64,000 nt of DNA from Candidatus Marinacidobacterium sp. GTDB lineage: Bacteria; Acidobacteriota; Vicinamibacteria; Marinacidobacterales; Marinacidobacteraceae. The first letter of the stretch is position 1, and every line of letters starts with the position of its first letter. The DNA lies in the NCBI GenBank assembly GCA_965220965.1, contig OZ244852.1:448001-512000 (forward strand). Reading direction: 5' to 3'. A model generated the notes under the pieces. The model saw nothing but the letters and a program-made list of their open reading frames with translations. It had not been told where the DNA came from and did not search any database. The position numbers and the translations under genes are program-made. Shown in pieces: positions 19,446 to 27,433 of this stretch.

Positions 19446-19519
19446 CCCGGCTCGGGTAACCGGCGAACAGCCCGCGCGTTTCCTGGACCAGATGGATCCC
19501 GCTGTAGGGGCGGGGCAGG
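19446..19519 (-). repeat. 74-bp degenerate direct repeat of an internal piece of the Gfo/Idh/MocA gene (24831-24904)
   Basis: Manual alignment gives 69/74 identity. It translates LPRPYSGIHLVQETRGLFAGYPSR versus LPRPYSRIHLVQGTRGLFAGYPNR in the intact gene. Confidence 0.9.
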
Positions 19520-19694
19520 AGTCGGGACCAGTCCCGAGGGCTCATTCGAAAGTCCGAGGCTCGCGACGGGCTCGCCGTTCCAATGGTGTCTCTCGGCCTG
19601 GCCGGCGTTCCGCCGGCAAACGGTGTGCACCTACACAGGGCGTTTGATGCGCCACGTTCCGGTCACCTATTCTCCGATCTGAACGAGGGGAGAC

Positions 19695-20558
19695 ATGTCT
19701 GTAGGGATCCGTCGAACCGTAGCCATCGCCTCGCTGGCGGTGCTGGTCGGACTCGTCGTCTGGACCGTGCTGCGGCCGCCAACCGGCGAGGAGGACTGGC
19801 GGCCTGGCTCCGAGTCCGTGAGCGACCGAACGGATCGGGCCGGAGCGGGCGACGTTCATGACCACGCAACCCACGAGGACTCCGCGTCCAGGGACGGCGC
19901 TGCGGACCAGGAGCCTCTATCCGAGGACACGACTCCTGTCGGTCGGCTCGTCCGGGCAGCCTCCGCGGATGATGTCAGCGTCGTTTCCGCCTTGATTGAG
20001 GACGGCGTGCCAGCGGATGCCGAGGACTCAAGGGGACACCGAGCGCTGCATCAGGCCGCCGCCAACGACGCGGTTCGCGTAATACGGTTCCTCGCAGAAC
20101 ACGGCGTGGATCTTGATGCTCCGGATGGGATCGGCTGGACAGCCTTGACTCGGGCCTCCCACTTCGGTTCCCTGTCCGCGGCCAGGGAGCTACTGGCCTA
20201 CGGAGCTGACCCCGACGCCCAACATGCTCCGAATTGGGTTACACCGTTGATGCAGTTGATGGGAGGCTGGCATCAGGCGGTGGATGGTGATGCTAAAGCT
20301 CCCCCATTCAGGGAGAAGGACCGGGTCGCCCTGGCTGCGGCGCTCTTTCAGGCGGGCGCGGATCCCAACCTGGAGGGGGGCGGTAGTCTTCCCATGCACA
20401 TCGTGCTGTTCATGGACAACATTGAGTTGCTGACTCTGTTCGTCAATGGCGGTGCACGTGTCAGCACAAGTCCGAGCGCCAGGATCATGGCGCATTGGCC
20501 GGGTCCGTGGGGCGATCTGGTTCGGAGCGCCTTCGAACGTGAGGGTGTGTCCTGGTGA
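19695..20558 (+). CDS. Membrane-anchored ankyrin-repeat protein, copy 1
   Basis: GAGGGG RBS and N-terminal TM helix. Ankyrin motifs GHRALHQAA, GWTALTRAS, LLAYGADPD, TPLM and GADPN. Confidence 0.88.
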   Translation: MSVGIRRTVAIASLAVLVGLVVWTVLRPPTGEEDWRPGSESVSDRTDRAGAGDVHDHATHEDSASRDGAADQEPLSEDTTPVGRLVRAASADDVSVVSALIEDGVPADAEDSRGHRALHQAAANDAVRVIRFLAEHGVDLDAPDGIGWTALTRASHFGSLSAARELLAYGADPDAQHAPNWVTPLMQLMGGWHQAVDGDAKAPPFREKDRVALAAALFQAGADPNLEGGGSLPMHIVLFMDNIELLTLFVNGGARVSTSPSARIMAHWPGPWGDLVRSAFEREGVSW

Positions 20559-20725
20559 TCGGGCAGTCCGGGCGATATCGCCTTCTCGTTCTTCCTGACT
20601 CATGGAGGTTGACTCAAGAGAAGGCAGTGTGTGTGAATCTGGCTGTGGGCGTGCTGCTGACCTGCGGAGCGCTCTTCCTGCTGTCGGCTCCTGCTGAGGC
20701 TCGGGAGTCGAATCTCGTAGAGTGA
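20555..20725 (+). CDS. Small signal-peptide ORF, copy 1 (…LLSAPAEA|RESNLVE); possibly a truncated duplicate
   Basis: Same frame as copy 2, with GTGA overlaps at both ends. Not in the ORF track because it is under 60 aa. Confidence 0.45.
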   Translation: MIGQSGRYRLLVLPDSWRLTQEKAVCVNLAVGVLLTCGALFLLSAPAEARESNLVE

Positions 20726-21570
20726 AGCTGTTCCGTATTTCCGCGACGGGGCTGCCTCGGCTTCGTTGGGTAAGTCGTCTGTTGCTCGGGGGTGGCCTGG
20801 CGTTCCTGGTCGCTGTGGCGTTCTGGCGGAATGGCTCCGAGTCCGTGAGCGACCGAACGGATCGGGCCGGAGCGAGCGTGGATCACGAGCGCTCCGCGTC
20901 AAGGGACGACGCTGCGGACCGGGAGCCTCTACCCGAGGACACGACTCCTGTCGGTCGGCTCGTCCGGGCGGCCTTCACGGACGATGTCAGCGTCGTTTCC
21001 GCATTGATTGAGGACGGCGTGCCGGCGGATGCCGAGGACACAAGGGGATACCGAGCGCTGCATCAGGCCGCCGCCAACGACGCGGTTCGGGTAATCCAGT
21101 TCCTTGCAGATCACGGCGTGGATCTTGATGCTCCGGATGGGATCGGCTGGACAGCCTTGAGTTGGGCCTCCTACTACGGTTCCCTGTCCGCGGCCAGGGA
21201 GCTACTGGCCTACGGGGCTGACCCCGACGCCCAACATGCTCCGAATTGGGTTACACCGTTGATGCAGTTGATGGGAGGCTGGCACATGGCGGTGGACGGT
21301 ATTGCTGATGCTCCCCCATTCAGGGAGAAGGACCGGGTCGCCCTGGCTGCGGCGCTCTTTCGGGCAGGCGCGGATCCCAACCTGGAGGGGGGCGGTAGCC
21401 CTCCCATGCACATCGTGCTGTTCATGGACAACATTGAGTTGCTGACCCTGTTCGTCAATGGCGGGGCACATGTCAGCACAAGTCCGAGCGCCAGGATCAT
21501 GGCGCAACGGACGGGCCCGTGGGGCGATCTGGTTCGGAGCGCCTTCGAACGTGAGGGTGTGTCCTGGTGA
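20722..21570 (+). CDS. Membrane-anchored ankyrin-repeat protein, copy 2
   Basis: Paralog of 19695-20558 with a different N-terminal TM segment. Confidence 0.88.
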   Translation: MKLFRISATGLPRLRWVSRLLLGGGLAFLVAVAFWRNGSESVSDRTDRAGASVDHERSASRDDAADREPLPEDTTPVGRLVRAAFTDDVSVVSALIEDGVPADAEDTRGYRALHQAAANDAVRVIQFLADHGVDLDAPDGIGWTALSWASYYGSLSAARELLAYGADPDAQHAPNWVTPLMQLMGGWHMAVDGIADAPPFREKDRVALAAALFRAGADPNLEGGGSPPMHIVLFMDNIELLTLFVNGGAHVSTSPSARIMAQRTGPWGDLVRSAFEREGVSW

Positions 21571-21797
21571 TCGGGCAGTCCGGGCGATATCGCCTTCTCG
21601 TTCTTCCTGACTCATGGAGGTTGACTCAAGAGAACGCAGTGTGTGTAAATCTGGCTGTGGGCGTGCTGCTGACCTGCGGAGCGCTCTTCCTGCTGTCGGC
21701 TCCTGCTGAGGCTCAGGACGATTGCCGATTCGAGGTCCACTGCACTGTCACACCCAACGGGGGTGGCTGCTGCGATGGACACCTCTGCTGCTTCTGA
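21567..21797 (+). CDS. Small secreted Cys-rich peptide (signal …APAEA | QDDCRFEVHCTVTPNGGGCCDGHLCCF); true start may be internal
   Basis: Hydrophobic h-region, AxA cleavage site and a 27-aa mature part with 6 Cys. Confidence 0.6.
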   Translation: MIGQSGRYRLLVLPDSWRLTQENAVCVNLAVGVLLTCGALFLLSAPAEAQDDCRFEVHCTVTPNGGGCCDGHLCCF

Positions 21798-21892
21798 GGC
21801 AGGTCCGCGCCGGACACGCCTGAAGCGGTAACCGGCGCGATCTCGAGAGTGGCGGGGCGAATCCCCGGACAGCGGACTATCCTTTTCCGCCC

Positions 21893-24313
21893 TTGGCGCC
21901 GTCAGGGGTGATTGTGGTGATGTCTGTTGTTCGGGGTCGTGTCGCGTTCCGTCTGGGCGCCTCTCGCATTCTGAGCGGTGGCGCGCCCGCAGTTGTGGGC
22001 GCGCTTGCTGTTGTGGCGTGCGCCAGCCACACGGTATGGATGATCTGGGGGTTGCTGATCGAACACCCCTTGCCCTTTCCGGAGGCCAGCGAGCTTGTTG
22101 AGCTTGTGGTTGAGGACGTGGCGCCCGGTACGCCGGCTGTCCTGCTGGATCGGGAGGCGGATCTTCTGGCGCGTGAGGCGGCTTCCTTCCAGTCTCTGAG
22201 CACCTGGGCGCCTGGTGTCGACATCCTCGAAACAGCGGCGGGGGCGGAGGAGGTTCGCTACGCAGAGACTGGCCCTGGCATGTTCGACATGTTGGGGGTG
22301 TCCCCCGCCGGCGGGCGACTCTTTCGGGTTGACGATCACGAGGCGGCTGCTGCGGGCGAAAGACTGCTGCTACTCAGCCATCGACTCTGGCGCACAACCT
22401 TCGGGGCGGCCCCCGAAGTCGTGGGCTTGCGAATTCCTTTCGGCGGCGCCCCCGCCCGGATCCTCGGAGTCATGCCACGTGGGTTCCAGTTTCCGGCGCC
22501 GTCGTTTGATCTCTGGGTTCCCGCGCCAGCGCGCGTTCCGGGGCCGATGCGCGGCAACCTGCGACTGCAATCTGTCCGACTGGTTGGACGTCTGTTGCCG
22601 GATGTCTCTGGTGCGGCGGCGGCTGCGGAGGCGACGACTCTCGTTCGTAACGCTGGTCTTCCCGAGTCTCTCCAGCGTGACCAGGTGACGATCGGGGCGC
22701 TTGGCCTGACGCGGCAGGTGTCGGCCTCCTTTCGGCCGGCCCTCGAAATCGTCCGTGTCGGGATTGCGCTGCTGTGGGTCGTCGGCATGGTCGCGGCGTG
22801 TTCCCTGCTTGCTTCGGCTGCTCTGGGCGGACGTCGAGCGACCAGCATTCGTCGGGCCCTGGGGGCGCAAGACCCGGACGAAGCCGGAGTCGTGGGCTCG
22901 CGGATTCTGCTGTTGGGCCTTGCCGTTGGCGCCGCCGCCGCCGTCCTCTCGCTCGGTATTGCGAAGCTGGCTCGACCGGCGCTGGACCAACTTGCGACCT
23001 CGTCGCCGGAAGGGCCGGGTTGGTCAGGCGTTGGGAATCTGTTCCTGATGGCGGTGGTCGGTGTAGCGGTCGCCGAGTGTCTCGCCGTGGCGGTCGCGCG
23101 CCGCGTGGAGCCCGGGCTCGCGCTCGGACGGAGCGGGACTCGCCGTCGCGCGACGCCGGCGTTTGTCCTCGTGGTGTGCGGTACCGCTGCGGCCGCTGTC
23201 CTTGCCTCCGGAAGCATGCTGTTGTCTTCTGGCGCACTGGATGTGCTCCGCGGAGAAGGAAGCTATCCGTCGCGCGGCCTTGTCCACCTGACGCTGGACC
23301 ATTCGGCGCCTCGGCCCGGCGTCGTCGGCGCTCGTTCGCCTCTGGAAGTGAACGCGTTGCGGGACCGGCTGCTGCTCGTCCCCGGTGTCGTGGAGGCCGG
23401 TTATGCGGAGAGCCTGCCTGACCGTCCTGGCGGTGAGCTCCTCCGGGACGAGTCGCTTTCCGGATCCGAACCGGTTGTCGTGCGTCGGGTTGGGCCAACG
23501 CTGTTTTCGACCCTGCAGCTTCCCCTCGTCCTGGGTCGAGGAATCCAGGAGACGGACGCCAGACCGGCAGAGCCCGCTGCAGTCGCCGACCGGACCCTGA
23601 TTCGCCGTCTCGGCATTACGGATCCTGTTGGCCATGTCGTTGGGCGAGGTCGCAATGCCTACCGAATCGTCGGCGTCGTCCCGGATGTCGCCGTGTATCC
23701 GCGCGGCCCCCTGCAGACGGCCGGGACCCTGTATGCGCACCACTCCCAGAGATCTCATGCATCCGCGATGCGGTGGAGGTACGTAGTCCGGTTCCGTGAC
23801 TCTCCGGGACCTGAGCAGCTCACCGCGGTTCGCCGACTTGTCGAAGAGTCGGAGATGGGTCTGCGCATTCTGAGGCTTGAGACGGATCAGGATCGACGGG
23901 TTGCGCTGCTCGGCGCCGGACTGTTGACTACGATCGCAGTCTCCGTCTTCGGTGTGGCGGGACTCCTGCTCACGCTCCTTTGTGTGCTTGGCCAGGTCGC
24001 GAACGAAGCATCACGCCAGCGACACGCACTGGCCGTTCGGCAAGCGCTCGGAGCGTCAACCGGAAGTCTCGTGCGTGAGGCCGTACGTCGGGTCGCCGTC
24101 GCCGGAGCGATTGGGGTGGCGTTGGGAGCCGGGCTCTCTTGGCTGCTCGCACGGTTTGTCGCGCGCCGGATGCCATGGGTGGAGGCCGCCGATCCGATGC
24201 CATACCTCCTTCCGGCCCTGTTGATCACCGCCCTCGTCGTAGTCGGGTGCGCCGTTGGCGGAGGGATCCTGATCCGGCGCGAGCAGCCCTGGAGAATTCT
24301 GCAGGCTGCATGA
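21893..24313 (+). CDS. MacB/FtsX-type ABC permease (ADOP-like duplicated orphan permease), divergent
   Basis: PLPFPEASELV, GRLF, LSHRLWRTTFG, ILGVMPRGFQFP, DLWVP, IRRALGA and VRQALGA. Two-fold internal repeat and no adjacent ATPase gene. Confidence 0.8.
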   Translation: MAPSGVIVVMSVVRGRVAFRLGASRILSGGAPAVVGALAVVACASHTVWMIWGLLIEHPLPFPEASELVELVVEDVAPGTPAVLLDREADLLAREAASFQSLSTWAPGVDILETAAGAEEVRYAETGPGMFDMLGVSPAGGRLFRVDDHEAAAAGERLLLLSHRLWRTTFGAAPEVVGLRIPFGGAPARILGVMPRGFQFPAPSFDLWVPAPARVPGPMRGNLRLQSVRLVGRLLPDVSGAAAAAEATTLVRNAGLPESLQRDQVTIGALGLTRQVSASFRPALEIVRVGIALLWVVGMVAACSLLASAALGGRRATSIRRALGAQDPDEAGVVGSRILLLGLAVGAAAAVLSLGIAKLARPALDQLATSSPEGPGWSGVGNLFLMAVVGVAVAECLAVAVARRVEPGLALGRSGTRRRATPAFVLVVCGTAAAAVLASGSMLLSSGALDVLRGEGSYPSRGLVHLTLDHSAPRPGVVGARSPLEVNALRDRLLLVPGVVEAGYAESLPDRPGGELLRDESLSGSEPVVVRRVGPTLFSTLQLPLVLGRGIQETDARPAEPAAVADRTLIRRLGITDPVGHVVGRGRNAYRIVGVVPDVAVYPRGPLQTAGTLYAHHSQRSHASAMRWRYVVRFRDSPGPEQLTAVRRLVEESEMGLRILRLETDQDRRVALLGAGLLTTIAVSVFGVAGLLLTLLCVLGQVANEASRQRHALAVRQALGASTGSLVREAVRRVAVAGAIGVALGAGLSWLLARFVARRMPWVEAADPMPYLLPALLITALVVVGCAVGGGILIRREQPWRILQAA

Positions 24314-24501
24314 GACCTCGTGGCGTCATGGGCGCGCATCGCCTCCACGAGGCCGGCTGAGGCCGCGCCGTTCTCACCGACAGTCTGCACTGTGGCGAAG
24401 GGACGCCTCCTGGGATCGGGCCGCGGCCAAGGCCCAACCAGGCGCGACATCAGCGTTGAGCCCGGATCGCCGAGCCCGGGTTCCGGTCCGGCGCCCGGGA
24501 C

Positions 24502-25926
24502 TCAGTCCGTGACGACGGGCAGGGCGGGGAAGCGCTCCCAGCCGCCGCGGGTGAAGTCGGGGAAGTCGCGGGGACGGCTGCGGTCGGCGACCGAGCGCTC
24601 GCTGAGCTCGGTCACGGCGCTCAGCGCCGCGGCGTCGTAGACGTTCATCTCGGTCGGCAGCCCCTCCTGGAGACACCGGATGAGCCGGTAGTCCTCCAGG
24701 TAGTCCATCCGGCCGTGTCCGAGTTCTTCGCCCGGGGAGGCCACGTTCCGCCAGAGCGGGTGCTCGTACTCGGGAAGCCAGGTTTCGGCGTCGTCCCAGC
24801 GGTGGGACTCGCTCTGGCCCTCGACGTAGACCCGGTTCGGGTAGCCGGCGAACAGCCCGCGCGTTCCCTGGACCAGGTGGATCCGGCTGTAGGGGCGGGG
24901 CAGGTTCGTGTCGTGGACGACGGTGATCGTGCGGCCCCTTGCCGTCTGGATGAGGCTCAGGTTGACGTCGCCGAGCACGAACTTCTCGTCCCGCTCGGGC
25001 GCGCCATCGGGGAAGTGCTCGCGGGCGTACTCCTGGAGGCCCCGGGACGGCCCGCTCATCGAGACGAGATAGTCGAACCGGTCGCCGCGCCCGATGTCCA
25101 TGCAGTTCGCCACCGGGCCCAGCCCGTGGGTCGGGTAGAGGTTCGCGTTGCGCTCCCGCGAGTGCGCCCGTCGCCAGAGGCCCTCGCCCCGGTCGGAGAA
25201 CTTGACCCCGCGCAGATCGTGGAGGTAGCCCCCTTCGGCGTGGAGCACTTCGCCGAACACCCCTTGGCGCACCATGTGGAACACCGCCATCTCGAACCGC
25301 CCGTAGTTGCAGTTCTCCATCATCACGCAGTGCCGTTCGGTGCGCTCGGCGGTCTCCACCAGCGCCCAGCACTCTTCGAGCGTGGTCGCGGCCGGCACTT
25401 CGGTGGCGGCGTGCTTCCCGTTCTCCATCGCCGCGAGGCACACCGGGACGTGGAACCGCCAGGGCGTCGCGGTGAAGACCAGATCGAGATCCTCCTCGGC
25501 GCACATCCGCTCGAAGTCGGTTTCTCCCCGGGTGTAGAGGGTGGGCTCGGGACCACCGGCCTCCCGGATCCATTCGCGGGCCCGCTCGGCGTGCTCCTCC
25601 CGGATGTCGCAGACCGCGCGGATCTCGACGCCGGGAGACGCCTTGCCCACCGCTAGCAGGTTCCGCACGTGGACGGACCCCATGCCGCCGACGCCGACGA
25701 ACCCGATGCGGACCGTCGGGATGGGGTCGACCGCGAGGAGCGAGGCCGGGGCGGCCTGGGCCGACGCCCTGCGACCAGTGGCGAGGCCCGAGACTCCGGC
25801 GACCGTGGAGGCCGCGAGGAGCTCCCGCCGGGTCCAGGCGCCGCGAGGGCGCGACGGCGGGGACGCCGGGTTCGTCCCGACGACTTCCGGTTGTGGGGGG
25901 GAGCCTCGATGCCGCCGATTCGTCAT
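24502..25926 (-). CDS. Tat-exported Gfo/Idh/MocA oxidoreductase, GH109 (alpha-N-acetylgalactosaminidase-like)
   Basis: TRRELL Tat motif, IGFVGVGGMG, TATPW, ATEVPAA, MMENCNY, GGYLHDLR, YPTHGLGP and GHGRMDY. Confidence 0.9.
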   Translation of the reverse strand: MTNRRHRGSPPQPEVVGTNPASPPSRPRGAWTRRELLAASTVAGVSGLATGRRASAQAAPASLLAVDPIPTVRIGFVGVGGMGSVHVRNLLAVGKASPGVEIRAVCDIREEHAERAREWIREAGGPEPTLYTRGETDFERMCAEEDLDLVFTATPWRFHVPVCLAAMENGKHAATEVPAATTLEECWALVETAERTERHCVMMENCNYGRFEMAVFHMVRQGVFGEVLHAEGGYLHDLRGVKFSDRGEGLWRRAHSRERNANLYPTHGLGPVANCMDIGRGDRFDYLVSMSGPSRGLQEYAREHFPDGAPERDEKFVLGDVNLSLIQTARGRTITVVHDTNLPRPYSRIHLVQGTRGLFAGYPNRVYVEGQSESHRWDDAETWLPEYEHPLWRNVASPGEELGHGRMDYLEDYRLIRCLQEGLPTEMNVYDAAALSAVTELSERSVADRSRPRDFPDFTRGGWERFPALPVVTD

Positions 25927-26678
25927 GGCTGGAGCGTAGCGGCGCCGGCGTTCTCGTCGGGGCGGCTCAGCGCCAGAGTCGCGCTCTCCGGCGGCTCGAC
26001 GGCGACGCCAATCTTCCGGCCGGCGGTTCCGATCAGAGCGCCGGTGACGCTGAACGCCCAGAACGACAGGGGCGCCGTCACAGCGAAGGGAAGCGCCATC
26101 AGGACTTCAGTGGGGATCCAGAGGCTCGCGCAACCGGCGGCGAGCAGGGCGCACAGCAACGGGCGTCGCCAGACCCGCCGCAGATGTCCGGGCAGGTTGA
26201 ACGCCTCGCCAAGTCGGCCGGCGGCGATCTGCTGCGCGGCCAGCGGCAACAGAAGGTAGAAGAGGGCGAGGCTGCCCACCACGAGCGCCTGGAAGGCGGG
26301 GTGAAGCGTCTGGCTGGTCCCCTGGCCCGAGCCGGCGCTGTTGAGCCACTGCGCGATGAAGAACACGGGGAGCCTGAACACGCCGTGGAACAAGATCCAC
26401 ACCGCGAAGACCCGGAAGCAGTCAATCGCAAACCCGCGGAGATCCTCCCAGGCCGGCAGAGTCTCCGGTTCGGCGCCGAGCGCTGACCGGGCGACGCGCA
26501 CCTGGTAGCCCCCCAGCAGGGTCCAGCCGACGAACGGAACGAGCGCCGCGGCCAGCCCGAAGAGCCACTTCGAGAGGAGCCCGGGTCCGCGGAACGGCAG
26601 CAGGGCGAGCCGGCCCAGCTCCCCGAGCGTGAAGCCCGACCGTTCCCTGGACGCAGAAGATCCGCTGCTCTCGCTCAT
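25923..26678 (-). CDS. DUF4013-like membrane protein, copy 1
   Basis: KWLFG..VPFVGW..GGYQVRVAR...LPAWED and RLGEAFNL. Confidence 0.75.
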   Translation of the reverse strand: MSESSGSSASRERSGFTLGELGRLALLPFRGPGLLSKWLFGLAAALVPFVGWTLLGGYQVRVARSALGAEPETLPAWEDLRGFAIDCFRVFAVWILFHGVFRLPVFFIAQWLNSAGSGQGTSQTLHPAFQALVVGSLALFYLLLPLAAQQIAAGRLGEAFNLPGHLRRVWRRPLLCALLAAGCASLWIPTEVLMALPFAVTAPLSFWAFSVTGALIGTAGRKIGVAVEPPESATLALSRPDENAGAATLQP

Positions 26679-27433
26679 TCTTCGGTGCGGGCTTCGGTCA
26701 CCGGGTCAACCTCGCGGCGCAGCGTCAGTTCGGCGTCCAGGTTCGTCGGTTCGAGGGCGACGCCCATCTTCCGGCCGGCGGTCCCGATGAGCGCCCCGGT
26801 CACGCTGGCCACCCAGAAGGTGAACGGAGCGGTGACGATGAAGGTAAGCCAGTCAATCAGCAGGAGCTCCAGATCTGTGTCCATCGTGTCGATCGGGTAG
26901 GTGAGCGCTATTTCCGCGGCGACGATGATGAGACACAGGAAGGGGTGTCTCCGGACCCGGCGCGCGTGGCCGACGATGTTGAAGGCGGCGCCGAACCGGC
27001 CGGCGGCGATCTGCTGGGTGGCCAGGACCGTCAGCAGGCCGGAGAGGCCGAGGATGACCGCGCTGATCGCCATGTCCCCCGGAGTCTCGGGCGCGACCCA
27101 AAGGCCCACGGTCCACCCGAGGAGCAGGGAAGCCGGGAGCAGGAAAGCAAGCATCACGACGCCGAGCCGCGCGCAATCCAACGCGAGCCCCAGGAAGTCG
27201 TCCCAGACAGGCAGCGTCTCCGGCTCGGACTCGAGCGCCCGCCTCGCGACCCGCACCTGGTAGCCGCCCAGCAGGAACCAGCCGACGAAGGGAACCAGCA
27301 CGGCGGCGATCCCGAAGAGCCACTTCGAGCGGAGGCCGGGTCCGCGGAACGGCAGCAGGGCGATCCGGCCCAGCTCCTGCAGCGTGAAGCTCGCCCGCTC
27401 CGGAGGAGCAGGCGCCCCGGCGTGTCCGTTCAT
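26675..27433 (-). CDS. DUF4013-like membrane protein, copy 2
   Basis: Paralog of the adjacent gene, with ATGA overlaps on both sides. Confidence 0.75.
   Translation of the reverse strand: MNGHAGAPAPPERASFTLQELGRIALLPFRGPGLRSKWLFGIAAVLVPFVGWFLLGGYQVRVARRALESEPETLPVWDDFLGLALDCARLGVVMLAFLLPASLLLGWTVGLWVAPETPGDMAISAVILGLSGLLTVLATQQIAAGRFGAAFNIVGHARRVRRHPFLCLIIVAAEIALTYPIDTMDTDLELLLIDWLTFIVTAPFTFWVASVTGALIGTAGRKMGVALEPTNLDAELTLRREVDPVTEARTEE

Larger units (their letters stand above)
19796..21714 (+). repeat. Tandem duplication of a ~0.9 kb ankyrin + signal-peptide unit (19796-20702 and 20823-21714)
   Basis: Near-identical DNA with offset 1012 at the 3' end. Similarity stops at the AEA signal-cleavage codons. 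Confidence 0.92.

Noticed and set aside
20602-20697. Alternative-frame peptide MEVDSREGSVCESGCGRAADLRSALPAVGSC as a RiPP precursor
   Set aside because: No RBS and no adjacent maturase. The overlapping frame with a clear signal peptide is better supported.
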